A stretch of DNA of 64,000 nt from NCBI GenBank assembly GCA_964016885.1, contig OZ024743.1, positions 111,352,001 through 111,416,000 of the forward strand. The letters run 5' to 3'. Every line of letters starts with the position of its first letter. The first letter of the stretch is position 1. Source of the DNA: Eledone cirrhosa. Its lineage: Eukaryota. The translations under genes and the position numbers were made by a program. The notes beneath the pieces are model-generated. The model had not been told where the DNA came from. It did not search any database and saw only the letters and a program-made list of their open reading frames with translations. Of the stretch, positions 42,562 through 56,789 are shown piece by piece.

Positions 42562-43215
42562 TACACGCATGCGCAGACACCAAACACGAAAAACGCATAA
42601 CAAATCAAACATAGAGAACATGGAGTACCATTTTAAGACAAGGAAAATTGAAAGAATTATTAAGGAGGTCACAGAGTATGTGACGAAGGAACGCTGAGGG
42701 AAGAATGAATAACGAACAATGAAGGTAAAGATAAAGTGAAAATGATATCGTCGTGTGTTTCTTTCTATTGGCAATGTTGACAAAACGAACATAGCGAAAT
42801 ATAACAATGTTTCAACACACGATTTCACATCAAGATTATTGCAAAATATGCATTCGACTAAAATATCACAATTTGCTTGCATCTCATATGGTCTCTGACA
42901 ACCAAAGCCCAGGCCATGGCCTTCCTGGAGCTGTTTCAAACTGAAGAGGAGAAATAGGTAAGGCGAATTATTGCTGCCTTAAACCCAGTTGCTCGGTATA
43001 GTCACAACACCTCAGCATTGGGGGGCAGACTGTCTAGGTGAATTATTCAGATTTATAAAACGGAATAGATGAGGCTACTTAGTTATAATTGTGAAAACAC
43101 ATCGGTGCGTGGGTATGCAGAAATCACCATGTTTTCTGCCTGGGTGCAAAGATGTTTCGTTGACTGCGATAATATACAACACTGACAATCAACTCAACTA
43201 TCTTTGATATTAAGA

Positions 43216-43265
<50 letters not shown>

Positions 43266-43427
43266 TTATTTATATATATATATATATGTGTGTGTGATGT
43301 GTGTGTGTGTGTGTGTGAGTGTGTGTGTGTGAAGAGAGAGAGAGAGAGAGAGAATAAGAGAGAGAGAGAAAGAAGGGTAGAAATAGAGATAAGTCCAGAA
43401 TGTCTTACTCTCTCTCTCTCCCTCTCC

Positions 43428-43462
<35 letters not shown>

Positions 43463-43985
43463 CCTATATATATATATTTCGTTTCTGAATTTGTTTAGCA
43501 AGAATATTTATCTGAAAACGTGTGTTGAAACCGATATTGTTATGCTTTGGGAGGGTCATGTTGTCAATAAGAAACACACACACCAGTGTTTCACTCCAAT
43601 TTATTATATATTAAATTTATAAATTTAAGAATTTATAAATTTCCCGTTGGTTGGTTCCACAACCGGACGGTTGTTCATATATAGTGAAAGTTCTGTCGTG
43701 ATACATTATGTGACCTCTTCAGTGACCGGTAATTATTTTCTTTGTTTTGTGCCTCTCCTATGTTCTGTCCTACGTCATCTTGTTTTAGTGTGTGGTGTGT
43801 GCTTCGTTTGCGCATGTGTTACATCCGCGTGTCTGAGTGTATTTTTATTTGTTTATTTATTTGTTTATTTACATGTTTATTTACATGTGTTTATTCATTT
43901 GTTTATTTTAGCATGTTGGTGGAGTATGGATGATTCTTTTTTTACCTTGAAGCTCTCACCAGTGTTCATTTAACCGTTCTCCTAT
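42562..43985 (-). repeat. Left arm of long inverted repeat
   Basis: Reverse complement of 47205-48781, with an internal deletion; mirrored pseudo-ORFs 42535-42939(-) / 48401-48781(+) and 43647(+) / 47397(-). Confidence 0.92.
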
Positions 43986-44009
43986 TCCATTCTCCTTTAC
44001 CGTTCTCTA

Positions 44010-47000
44010 ACACCACCAACACCGATGTAAGAAGATTACAACTTACCAAAAAGCAAGCAGATAGGCTAAAAGGAACACTAATTCTAAACATAAAAAAGAA
44101 GATTTACAGAGAATTAAGTCATCAAGAAAAACATAAGCTTAACTTAATAGAAGAAATAAGTAACATCACCACACCAAGAGAAAAATTAGTATATATAAAC
44201 ATTATACGTGAAGAAGAAAAGTACATCGTCCAGAAATGCAACAAACACTTTAACAAGAAATTAAAGTGGCTCAAACAGATGAAACCAAACCGAGAAACTT
44301 CAGAGAATAGAGATAAATATCCCGACAAGATTGATGGTATAAACATGGCCGACATCTCATTAACGGATTAATTCAACAACAACAACACAAATATATAAGG
44401 CAACACTACAGTCGACTCTGATGAATTATAGATATTACAGCTACCACCTAAATATGCCACATATAATAAGGTAAATATGATAAGATGCTTGTCAGAAATG
44501 GAAAGATCATTTACAAAATAACGTTGGAGCCTCAAAAACAACAACAGCAAAAACAAAAACAAAAGTAACAACATACGCATACACACACATACACCACACA
44601 TGCAAACAACAACATGCACACAGACACAAGCAACGATAACAACAAAAACATACACATAAAAAATAATAACATACTCAGAGACAACAACAACAGAAACACA
44701 GACTCAAACAACAATAATATCAACAACACACACAACAATAATAACATACGCGGAGAGAACAACAACAACAACAACAACACACATCAACAACAACAACACA
44801 CACACATCCTATGCCTCTCACCACCACCACAATATTAACGGACACACAGTCACAGAAAACAGATAATGACAGTAACACAGAAGTAAGGGAAGATAATGGG
44901 ATTGAAAGGAGAAGGGAGACCATCGATACTGACAGGGAAAATAACCAGGACGAAGACACAGACACACAAAATAGAGCAGATAATAACAATGAGCCAGAGG
45001 AAAGAGACAGAAGTAATAATGAGAAACATAGAAACAACCATGTGGCTGTTGGTGGAAATAGAAATAGAAACAACACAACTAACAATAACAATAGCAATAG
45101 TTCACATAAAGCAGCAGCCTGGAATTCTACTTTTTATAATCCTTCCGATATGTCCTTCGACCTACGACGACTCCACGCCACGGCTTTAGCTTTTAACAAA
45201 CGCACGCAATTGCTGTCGCAGGTCGATGAACAAACAGAAGCCCAATTTAGTATAGCTAGATGTAAACTTAGAAATATTATAGAAGAGTATAGCAAGGAGC
45301 AAAATAGAATGGAGGCCCAGCAACTGGGAGAAAAATCTGCAAATGGCTTGCGTAAGCTCATGCAGCGTTCGCGTAATGGATAGATTGCATGCTTTCCAAC
45401 AGACAAGTATGTCAGTGTGTCGGTTGACAGTCTGTCAAACTACATCCAGGCAATGCAACCCCACATCACTAACACAAGAGAAGTAACACCACAAGTGCAT
45501 GAGTATAGGGAGAAAACCCTCAATGCCCATATGAAGATGTGGACAAACATAATGCAGCCCAATAAAAGGGCAGCTAACAACTTCCAGGCCTGGAACAATG
45601 AGGTGCCAGCGTTGTATGGGCTTCGAAAAGGCCATAAGGCCAACAGTGACCCTGTCACAGGACCACCAACACGGCCAGTCTGTGGAGCTAAAATTGCTAG
45701 TAACTACATACTTTCCTACTTCCTCTTCCTGATCATACGCCCCATCATTGAAATGTCCCCAGATATATGTGACATCACGGAGGACCTCCTCAGCAGAATC
45801 AGCGAAAATAACCGATCTAGGGACCTAACAGACTGTATAACATGTAGTATAGATGTTGTGTCCCTATATCCATCCATTGACGTGGATTTTGCTGTGGAGA
45901 AATGCGTAGAAATGATCAGTGAGAGCAATGTTGAATTCCACGAGATTGATACCAGTGAGCTTGGACGCATGACCTTAGCAACCTGTGCCCTACAAGAGCA
46001 GTAAGAGGCAGCCACCTACCATTACCTCAATGGCCAAGAAAACCCAGACAGAAAGATGGAACGGGTGGACCAGAGCCATATAGACCCCAGAAAATCGCGA
46101 TGAACTAAAGAAAATGATTGCACATGCGGTGGGGGCCAGTATAAATCTAACACTTAAGGAACATATGTTCAAATTTAATGGAAAAACATATACCCAAGAG
46201 GAGGGAGCAGCCATTGGTGTTAGCATTGCAGGTGACATAGCTAACCTATTTATGGTATGGTGGGACAATAAACTTAAACTTAAACTTAAAGAACAATTAA
46301 CCCTGATAATGTACTCCCGCTACGTTGAGGATATAAACATCGTAGTAAAAACACCCCCACTAGAGAACGGTCAGGAATTAGAGAAAAACAACATCGAAAG
46401 CATCCAGCAAATAGCTAACTCCATCCACCAGAGTATTAGAGTTTACTATAGACTACCCAAGCAAACACTTCAAACATCGATTACCTGTACTAGATACAGA
46501 GCTCTGGTTAGAAACCATTAATAACAAAAGACAAATCCTCCATTCCCATTATGCCAAACCCATGACTTCCAAATATCTGATCCAACGAAACTCAGCTGTT
46601 TCGGATCACACTAAAATCAACATACTGATTACGGATTTGGTACGGGTGATGAGAAACGTGTCCCGCATGTGCAACCCCAAAGAACGAGAGAGACACATAC
46701 AACACATCATCTACTGTATGCAGTTCTATGGTTACAATCAGAGAGATAAAGTCAGAGTTTATAGAGGAGCCAGAACCAAATGGTAAAAAATGGTAAATAA
46801 TGATACAAATGGGACCTGCCTCTTGTATAGGAGCAAATTTTGGAATAGAATAGAAAGAACTAGGAATAAGATTAATAGAATAAACTCATGGTATGATAGC
46901 AATATATGCCAGAGTGTAATGTTCATCAATACAACCCCCAAATGTAAATTAGCTTACAAATTTAGAAGGGCCTTAAATGAAATTAAACTTAATATTAATA

Positions 47001-47400
47001 TAGTAGAAAGATCAGGTACCTCCATAAAAACACTTATTAGTAATACAAACCCTTTTCAAATACCTCCCTGTATATATAAGAAATGAATAATCTGATAACT
47101 TAGCCCCCATATTAACTGTAAAACTAGAAATGTAGTATATAGCATAATATGTACTGAAGATAAGAATATAGTATACATAGGTGAGTGAGACAGCTCGTAG
47201 TATAAGAGAACGGTTAAATGAACACTGGCGAGGGCTTCAAGATAAAAAAAGAGTCATCAATACTCCACCAACATGATAAAATAGACATAAGGGCAAATTA
47301 GAGAACATAGAAATAAAAATAAAATCTACACACAGAAAAGATGCAATGTTTATATATATCACGGAGGCAATAAACATAAATGACCTCCAACCAAAATTAA
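44010..47400 (+). pseudogene. Penelope-like element ORF (RT and C-terminal GIY-YIG), with stops and frameshifts
   Basis: PTDK, LYGLRKGHK, PTRPVC, SIDVVSLYPSI, QEEGAAIG..IANLFM, SRYVEDI, LPVLD, HYAKPM; then NCKTRNVVYSIIC..YIGE..RER.NEH. AAC-rich N-terminal tract. Confidence 0.9.
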
Positions 47401-47909
47401 ATAGAAAACATTAATGGAATAGCAACATGACAACTTACAATTAAGGACAAAATGAAAACACACACACACATAGAAGAAACAACCAACCTGTAACATGTAA
47501 ATAAACAAATAAATAAACAAATAAAAACACACACAGACACCCGGATGTAACACATGCGCAAAGTAAGCACACGACACACACAAAAACAAGATGGCGTAGG
47601 ACAGAACAAAGGAGAGGCAGCAAAACAAAGAAAAGAATCCCCAGTCCCTGAAGAGGTCACAGGATGTGTGACGAAAGAACTTTGACAATATATGAACAAC
47701 CGTCCGGTTGTGGAACCAACCAACCAACGATAAATTTATAAATTCTTACATTTATAAATTTAATTTATAATAAATCGGAGTGAAACTGGTGGTGCGTGTG
47801 TTTCTTATTGGCAACATGACTCTCCCAAATTGTAACAATATCGGTTTCAACACACGTTTTCAGATAAAGATTCTTGCTAAACAAATTCAGGAACGAAATA
47901 TATATATAT

Positions 47910-47946
<37 letters not shown>

Positions 47947-48044
47947 GAGAGAGAGAGGGAGAGAGTAAGACATTCTGGACTTCTCTCTATTTCTACCCAT
48001 CTTTATCTATCTCTCTCTCTCATTCTCTCTCTCTCTCTTCACAT

Positions 48045-48086
<42 letters not shown>

Positions 48087-48781
48087 TTATATGTATATAT
48101 ATATATCTATATATATCTATATACTCTTAATATCAATGATAGTTGAGTTGATTTTCAGTGTTGTATATTATCGCAGTCAACGAAACATCTTTGCACCCTG
48201 GCAGAAAACATGGTGATTTCTGCATACCCACGCACCAATGTTTTTTCACAATTATAACTAAGTAGCCTCATCTATCCCGTTTTAGAATTCTGAATAACTC
48301 ACCTAGAGAGTCCGCCCCCCAAGCCTGAGGTGTTGTGACTACCCCGAGCAACTGGGTTTAAGGCAGCAATGATTCGCCTTTCCTCTTTCTCCTCTTCAGT
48401 TTGAAACAGCTCCAGGAAGGCCATGACCTGGGCTTCGGTTGTCAGAGACCATATGAGATGCAAGCAAATTGTGATATTTTAGTCGAATGCATATTTTGCA
48501 ATAATATTGATGTGAAATCGTGTGTTGAAACATTGTTATATTTCGCTATGTTCATTTTGTCAATATTGCCAATAGAAAGAAACACACGACGATATCATTT
48601 TGACTTTATCTTAACCTTCATTGTTCGTTATTCATTCTTCCCTCAGCGTTCCTTCGTCACATACTCTGTGACCTCCTTAATAACTCTTGCTATTTTCCTT
48701 GTCTTAAAATGGTACTCCATGTTCTCTTTGTTTGTTTTTTTTAATGCGTTTTTCGTGTTTCGTGTATGCGCATGCGTGTGA
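47205..48781 (+). repeat. Right arm of long inverted repeat (PLE 3' end plus downstream flank)
   Basis: Reverse complement of 42562-43985. Confidence 0.92.
47644..47687 (+). ncRNA. Hammerhead motif in PLE 3' terminal repeat
   Basis: CTGAAGAG GTCACA-GGATG-TGTGAC GAAA; stems I and III imperfect. Decayed relatives at 43684-43727(-), 42657-42692(+) and 48648-48683(-). Confidence 0.65.
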
Positions 48782-49395
48782 GTTTGCTTCTGCGTGTGTG
48801 TTTTGTATGTGTGTGAATTTGTATCGTTTCCTGTTTTGCTTTTTATAAATTCTTTTTTTTATTCCGTCTTCAGTTGTTAAGTTGTGGGCTGTTAATATTC
48901 CATTCTCTCAGGCAAAGACTATCTTCTATTATGTGTGTGGTCTCCGTACGTTGTATAAATGTTCTGTCAATTCTATGTGTGGATAGGTTTTTATTTCTAA
49001 GTTGATGTCTTCTTCTCCTCCCTAAGTGTTTGCCTCTGTTAATTTAATATCTCTCCTATACTATAGCATGTCTCTTCTATTTATGCCATTGTAATTTTTT
49101 GCATCCTCCCTCTGTATATTAATCCTGTAGAAAACAATTCTAGTTTTACAGTTTATATGTGGGCATATCTTAGAGGCCACAGAGTTTCTATCAGTAAAGG
49201 TTTTTTTTGTAAATGTGTATGACCAGATGTTTTTATGGTAGCACATATGTTTTCAACTACTTTGATCCTAGCTAAAATACCAGAATGCTATGTCCGCCTA
49301 TGCTACCTCAAGGGGTGCATTAGCCTTTCCTCTTAGAACTTTTGACAACATGAACCTAAGGATTAAAGTGGTAGAAAAACCATGAGTTAACACCC
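48560..49395 (-). mobile_element. Related PLE 3' fragment (GIY-YIG), opposite orientation
   Basis: CPHINCKTRIVFYRI, similar to 47103-47150 on plus; followed by the same GTCACA/TGTGAC hammerhead stem. Confidence 0.7.
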
Positions 49396-49459
49396 CCAAA
49401 TATATATATATATATATACAGAAATGTAATTTATATATATATATATATACAGAAATGTA

Positions 49460-49592
<133 letters not shown>

Positions 49593-49603
49593 AATGTATT
49601 TCA

Positions 49604-49645
<42 letters not shown>

Positions 49646-50124
49646 CATATAATTTGCTTAGCTTGGTTGAAATGTCAATCTTTATTGAAATGTCGGTATA
49701 TTTATTTGTTTATATATGGTGTACAAATCAGTCCGAGTGTGTGTTTGTGTGTGTAAGTGTATGTGTGTGTGAGTTTGTGCGTGCGGTGTATGTGTGCGTG
49801 TATGTGTGTATGTGTGTGTGAGTGACTGCACGTGGGGCTCTGTGTACGTATGTCAGAAAAAGGCATGGATAGATAGTGTAATATAAGAGGTGAGGAGATG
49901 TATATTAATCTTAGTTAATGTATGAACTCAAACGAGACTTAACGGTTAAGAAATTGCTGAAAAACGGATGTAAACCTTTCATATCGGCTACCACATCCAT
50001 TCTATACAGTTCGCATAATTGAGAGTAGAGGGGTTGATATATTTGATTAAAATCACTACCGATAATATAATTAATACTAGTAGGCAATGAAATATATATA
50101 GATATATGCAGTGTGTATATATAT

Positions 50125-50214
<90 letters not shown>

Positions 50215-50301
50215 TTATTTATATATATATACATATATTATATTATTTATATGTACATATGTTTATAAATATATAAATATATATGTATATATGTATATAT
50301 G

Positions 50302-50382
<81 letters not shown>

Positions 50383-50466
50383 TTATGTGTGTATGTATAT
50401 ATGCATGCACATATATATTTATATATATATATATATATAGTTTTAATATAGATGAGATTCTACAGG

Positions 50467-50505
50467 ACTAGAACTGTTTCATTCATTAGAAATCACCAGG
50501 ATTAT
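50467..50505 (-). ncRNA. Decayed hammerhead motif similar to that of the 310-bp repeat
   Basis: Minus: taatc CTGGTGA TTTCTAATGAAT GAAA CAGTTC tagtc; one core substitution. Confidence 0.45.
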
Positions 50506-51729
50506 ATTAAAACTTTTATACTCTGCTATGTATTGAGTACCTTACTTACTGTGGTTACCTCCGATTCAACCCGGAATAACGTATATATACATATATATAT
50601 ATATGTGTGTGCGTGTGTGTGTGTGTGAGTGTGTGGTTGAGGTGTGATTGTGTGTGCATGAATGTATCTATGTTAACATATGTGAGAGTATACTTCATCG
50701 TATAATTAGTTTCTCTGATGTATATTTTATATATTTGTGTACACGCCTGTGCTTATTCATATTTGCGATTGATATATCTGTGTGTACACGTATGTGCATG
50801 TGCTTTTATTTTGATGTCAGAATCCATTGCATATGACAGAGCATCAGAGAATATGCCGATGTGTGAATATGAGTGAGCGCACATTCATAAGAGGAACCGA
50901 TTTACACAGCGAGCATAAGCGAATGTTTGTTTATAAACGTATATGTGTGATTTGCTTCTCTTACTCCGCCTCTCTCAACCCCTCTTCGTTCACTAGCGAA
51001 AGTAGAAGAAATATTGTCCACGTATTTTGGATTATATTCTGTGTTATATGTATATGTGTGTTTCCATGATGATATGAATGTTTGTATCTGTCGCAGCCAA
51101 ATATGCATATGTGAGTGTGTTTTATGTGTGGGGCTGTATATGTAGATCTATGTTTGTATGCGAGCGTTTCTCTGCGTCAAAGAAAAAATATTTTTTAAAT
51201 GCAAAAGACCAAAGTATTGTCCGTGTATATGTGTGTTTCTTTATGAGCTTCTGTGTACACGTCAGCATGTATAGGTGTATGCCTGTATATTTCTATATAT
51301 GTACATGGTGTGGTACGTTGCACATGTATGTTGTATGTATGTATGTACGTATGTATGAATGCATGTATGTATGTAATTTATGTATCTCTGTATGTAATAT
51401 GTATGTATGTATGTATGTATATAAGTATGTATGTATGTATGTATGTATGTATGTATGTATGAATGTATGTATTTATGTATGTATGTATGTATATATTTGT
51501 GCATGTGAATAAATATAAGTGTGTATTTGTATGTGAGCTATGAGTTAGAAACATAAATAACAAAAAAAAAAGTATGAAATAAAACGACAAAGGTAAATAC
51601 GAAACAAAAACAACGTTAGTAAGATAAGAAAGAAAGGAAGCTTTATTGGCTTGTTTCACCCTAAAGGGGGAGAGAACGCTCTGTCATTACATAGAGGATA
51701 TATCTGCATAAGCGAGCAATTTAGTCGAC

Positions 51730-52345
51730 AGTTAGTGAAGAAAGAGGAACTAAAGGAAGCAAAGAGGGAGAAATTGAATGAGGAGAAGGAAGGGAATAGA
51801 GTAACATGTTAATAAATAGTAGAATAAAAGAACGAGAGAAAAGCGAAAGAGGGATATATAGGGATAAGCAAGGAAAGAAAGAGTGCGCGAAAAGCAGAAT
51901 GAATGGAATAGAGTAACATGAAAATAAATAGAATAAAAGAAGGAATGCAAGGAAAGATAGAATGATATAAAGAAACAACGAATGAAAGAAAGAGATAAAG
52001 AAAGAAGGAAGAAAATTATAGAAGAATGGGTGAATGGGTGAAAAATAAAAAGGAAGAATGAAGCGAGGACATAGCCTAATACGTTAGAAAAAAGGAAAAC
52101 AAATAGACAAATATAGAAATAAAGAAAGGAAAACAAAAAAATAATAGAAGTGTATAGAGAAAGAAAGATAGAAAAAGAGGAAGGAATAGACAAAGAAGGG
52201 GAGAAAGAAGGGGTGAAAGGAAGAAAGAAAGAATGAAAGAGCGATAGAATGATTGAAAGAAAGAAAGGAAATAGGACAGAAATAATGATTAGAAATATAG
52301 ACAGGTGGGGGAAAACGAAAAAGAAAACAAATACCAATAAAAAAT
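51730..52345. repeat. A/G-rich low-complexity tract
   Basis: Nearly all purines on plus (GAAAGAAAG, GAATAGA). Confidence 0.8.
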
Positions 52346-52566
52346 AACCTTCAGGATATATAAATGCTCTGAATTTTGATTAAATGTTATAAATATGTCC
52401 ATACACGTTTTACCGCTTACATATGCACTCACACATAGAATCATATATATACTCAAAGACACATACTTTGAGATATAAATACTTGAAAGGTACGTAAACT
52501 TTTCATGTGCATATCATACAAATACAAGAACATATGAATGCAAACATACACACTTATCAATCCCCC

Positions 52567-52644
<78 letters not shown>

Positions 52645-52668
52645 TGTATATATATAAACATATATATT

Positions 52669-52701
<33 letters not shown>

Positions 52702-52769
52702 GTATATATATATGTATATATATATATGTATATGTATATATGCATATATATATGTATATATATTTATGA

Positions 52770-52873
<104 letters not shown>

Positions 52874-52908
52874 TTATAAATATACATATATATATATATA
52901 TATATATT

Positions 52909-54294
52909 TATTTATTAAAATAACAGATTAAAGTTTAAGCAAAGAATCGCTGCTTATCGTATAACGGAAATAAAAGATCATGTGACCTCTGCGCCGCAGA
53001 GGCCCTGGAAATACTATACGCCAAAGACCACATCTTAAACAAAAAATCTGAGACGATTTCGGCTTGTAAACATAAATTGCACAAAACCTTCCTGTATTAC
53101 AGCCCCACATTATACCCTAACGGATAGTAGGAACTATACGCGTATATTTTACGTCTTGATGTGGTAGCTAAGTATATATTATGTTTATACCATTACTTAT
53201 TTGCATAGGTAAGTATATATTGTATGTTTTGTGAAGGTACGTATACTTTCTCGTACGTATATTTGATTGTATATGTTATGGCGTATATATTATATATTCT
53301 GGTACATATGCTTTTGGTTATGTGTATACTTCATTTTTGCGTCTGTGTGAGTATGCGGGTTCGTACGTATGTAGGGTGTGAGTATATGTGTAATTTGTGT
53401 TGTGGTTGACGTACGTCTCCGAACATATGTGTATTTACATGTAGGTATGTGTGTGCGCTTGTTATATACGTATTTATTTATATACGTTTACTTAATTATA
53501 TGTATACACGCACACACACACACGCATATATATATATATTTTCATATATATATTTTTATGTGTATTTGCTATATACATTCGTATGCGTGCGGGTACAAGC
53601 GTTGCGTCTTTTCTGTATGTGCATGCGAGTTTTTTTTTGTGTTCGCGCCATACCTATGGCGAGTGTTTTCGCGTATGCACGTATATGGATGCGTGTATGT
53701 ATTTATTTAATTTAAATTACCTCTGTATTTTATTTACTTTATTCTTAACTCGGAAGCCGAGAATCATTCGGTTTCCTAGTTAGAATTTTGGTCTACGACT
53801 TCAGTTATACCATTTACGTGGTTTTGTCTTTGCGTGCAATTGTTCTCCCCGCTCCACATATGACGTATTATCTTCGTTTTTTCCGTTCATTGTCAGAGAA
53901 TGTCTCTATGAATCACCTAATAGAATATTAGTCTACGACTTCATTTATACCATAAACGTGGTTTTGTCTTTGCGGGTAATAGTTTTTCACCGCTCCAAAT
54001 AATGACGTATTATATTCCTTTTTTCTCGTTCTTTGCCAGGGAACGTTTCTACGAACCAAAGTATCGTCTTCCTGTCTTGCTCCGGTTGCAACGATTTTTG
54101 AAATATTCTCTTCTGCGTTCACAGATTGATTTTGTTCATTTCAGAAGATCCCGTTAAGGGTGAAAGCAGCGATTCTTTGCTTAAACTTTAATCTGTTATT
54201 TTAATAAATATTTGCTCTACGGTTCTTATATATTTGATATATTTTTATCCTTATCGAGCCCTCTTTGGATTTTAGTCTTCAAATTTATTATTAT

Positions 54295-54297
<3 letters not shown>
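52909..54297. mobile_element. TA-embedded element with 47-bp asymmetric terminal inverted repeat
   Basis: 52909-52955 is the exact reverse complement of 54164-54210, followed by an ~87-bp extension. The right end matches 5755-6110. Confidence 0.8.
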
Positions 54298-54346
<49 letters not shown>

Positions 54347-54353
<7 letters not shown>

Positions 54354-55272
54354 TTGAAAGGGACATGTCCGTGTGGTTGCTATTAACGAGTGTTTAGAAA
54401 GTAAAGGAAACACAAACATAGAGGTAGGCATTTCCTCTCATCAGTTGCCTGCTGCGGGTCTCAAATGTTTCGGCGCATTAAAGACTGTACATCTATCCAC
54501 AGTGCGATAATAACTTATACAGTTATTAGGGAAAAGACGAACAAGAGACGATAAAGAAGAGAGAAAAAACGGAAGAGACAGTAAGAAGAAAAAAAAAAGA
54601 GAATACAACATGCCGATAGAGAGGGTGAGGGACAGGACAATAGCACATGTATGTAGAGTAAGCAAAAGGAGAGAGGGTGAAGTTAAAAAAGGCAGCTAGG
54701 TTCAATCCCCGAGACCTAATTAACAGTGAGCTAAGAGAAAGACGTCTGTTCTCGGTAAGAATGGGCATAAAGAGAGAGAGAGTAACGAACGAAACGGAAG
54801 TAGTAAATGAGCACAGAGAGAGAGGGTAAGAAAAAGAGAAGGAAAGAGTGAGGTGGGAGATAAAGCGAGAGAGAGAACGGAGGAGGGAAAAGCGTCTGAC
54901 CGGAATAACAACAAGAAGCGAGAAGAGAGGATAGAATGGAGGTCACAGCAATAAATATATATGAATTGAAAAGGACAATGATGGTGAATACTAATAATAA
55001 GCGTTCAGAAAGTAAAGGAAACACAAACATTGAGGTAGACATTTCCCGTCTTCAGTTGTCTGCTGCGAGTCTCACATGTTTCGGCGCATTAAAGACAGTA
55101 CATCTATTCACAGTGCGATAATAACTTAGAGAGTTATTAGGTAAAGAAGATACAAAAAAGAGACGATCACGAAGAGAGAGAGAAAAAAAACCGAAAGAGA
55201 AAGAAAGAAGCGAAAAGAGAGAAAAAAAACATACCGATAGAGTGGGGGAGACATAGGGCAGTGCACATGTGT
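54347..55272. repeat. Diverged ~310-bp direct repeat pair spaced ~610 bp apart
   Basis: ATGAATTGAAA..AGAAAGTAAAGGAAACACAAACAT..TGTTTCGGCGCATTAAAGAC..ACAGTGCGATAATAACTTA at ~54347-54653 and ~54959-55272. Confidence 0.85.
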
Positions 55273-56394
55273 GCATGTCTGTGTGAGAATGAGTAAACTC
55301 ATGTGCGTATATGTGTGTTTGGCAATGAGCATATAGATACATAATTTACACAGATGCTGACCTATGGAATGATGGTATCAAGTGAAACAAATATCAGGGA
55401 AGTTTTGCCTAAAGCCCCAATATAGTAGCAACTTTATGATGTTTATATTCTTTTTGTTGATGGTGACAAGATGTTTCTGGTTTGGGGGAGACACTTACCT
55501 GTAGTCGGAAAGTATTTTAGTCTAATAACGTTTTGGACCATAAATAGTTTCATCTCGCCTAATACACCAATGACTATTTAATTAGCTTTCACAGGAAGAC
55601 GTGTCCCGTCTGTAATCTATCATCAAAAGACTCTCATGTATTTTTATCAGCAGTTATGGCTATCCACGAAACAAACATTGACTTTATTTGGCAGTTTGGT
55701 ATCCATGTCAGTTTTCTGGAAATCAACAGCAACCGACTTGAATAAATAATTAGGTGGCTTACCATTCATTTCAACGAATTAGCAGATATGTTAAAACATC
55801 GGTTAGAATGGATTACTCTATTTGAACAAAGGTCTCTGAGTTCAAATTTTCCTGAGGTCCGCATTGATTAAACATTTTCGAGGTAGATACAAAAATTTAC
55901 CAGTCTAGTAGTGAGTCCATTCTTTTTTATATATAACTCTTAATTATCCACACTATCTCCTTCTCTGGAAGAATACAGTCGTGTTCAGACATGGAGAGTG
56001 ACGGTCTTCGACAACTAGATTTGCCACTGCGGTACTCCTACGACTCTAACAGAAGTAACAGTTCAATACATACATACATCCATATTACCCATTTATAAGA
56101 GCTGCATGTTCTAAATCTTTATACAAGGTGATCTTCAATTTGTGAAATATATAAACCCCTTACATGGCGAAAAAATGCGACATATGTTAACAACCGCCAG
56201 GAGATTGAGGAAATAAAGTCAAGCAATTATAAATTAATATCACTGAAAATATATATACCAAAATATGTGTATGTACTTATACATATGGAAGATCTAATCC
56301 AAATCATACAGATCTACATATACTGAGATTCATAACCTAAATTCTAATGAAAGTGGTTTGTTACTATGTTAGAACAGACTTCCTCACTAAGTGT

Positions 56395-56610
56395 AATGGT
56401 TTCTTATATAGGCACAAGGCAGACATTTTTGGGGAGGGGGAAGTTGATTGAATTGACCCCAGTGCGTGACTGGTACTTTATTTTATCGACCTCGTAAGGA
56501 TGAAAGGCAAAGTTAACCTCGGCGGGATTTGAACTCGGATCATAAAGGGACGTAACTCTATGCTTCAAAGCATGGTGTCCGACCCTCTACCGATACTGCC
56601 AATCCACCGA
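56395..56610 (-). mobile_element. Full-length tRNA-derived SINE (main family)
   Basis: Complete head, core and tail on the minus strand. Confidence 0.85.
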
Positions 56611-56789
56611 ATATTTTAGTTTTTTCCGATTTTCTCACAATACAGATTTTAGCTATTGTTTTCCTCATGCAAAACTAATCTAACTTTGTGATTATACACA
56701 ACGATTTCATTATGTTACTCTGGCATTATCCACATTTGTTTTACCCAACTAATTGTACACGTGAAACGCACAATTTGATTTCATGCATG

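Noticed and set aside
42535-48781. Apparent duplicated gene MKQLQEGH.. (42535-42939 and 48401-48781)
   Set aside because: Non-ATG start, no domain, and divergent C-termini; it simply mirrors the inverted repeat.
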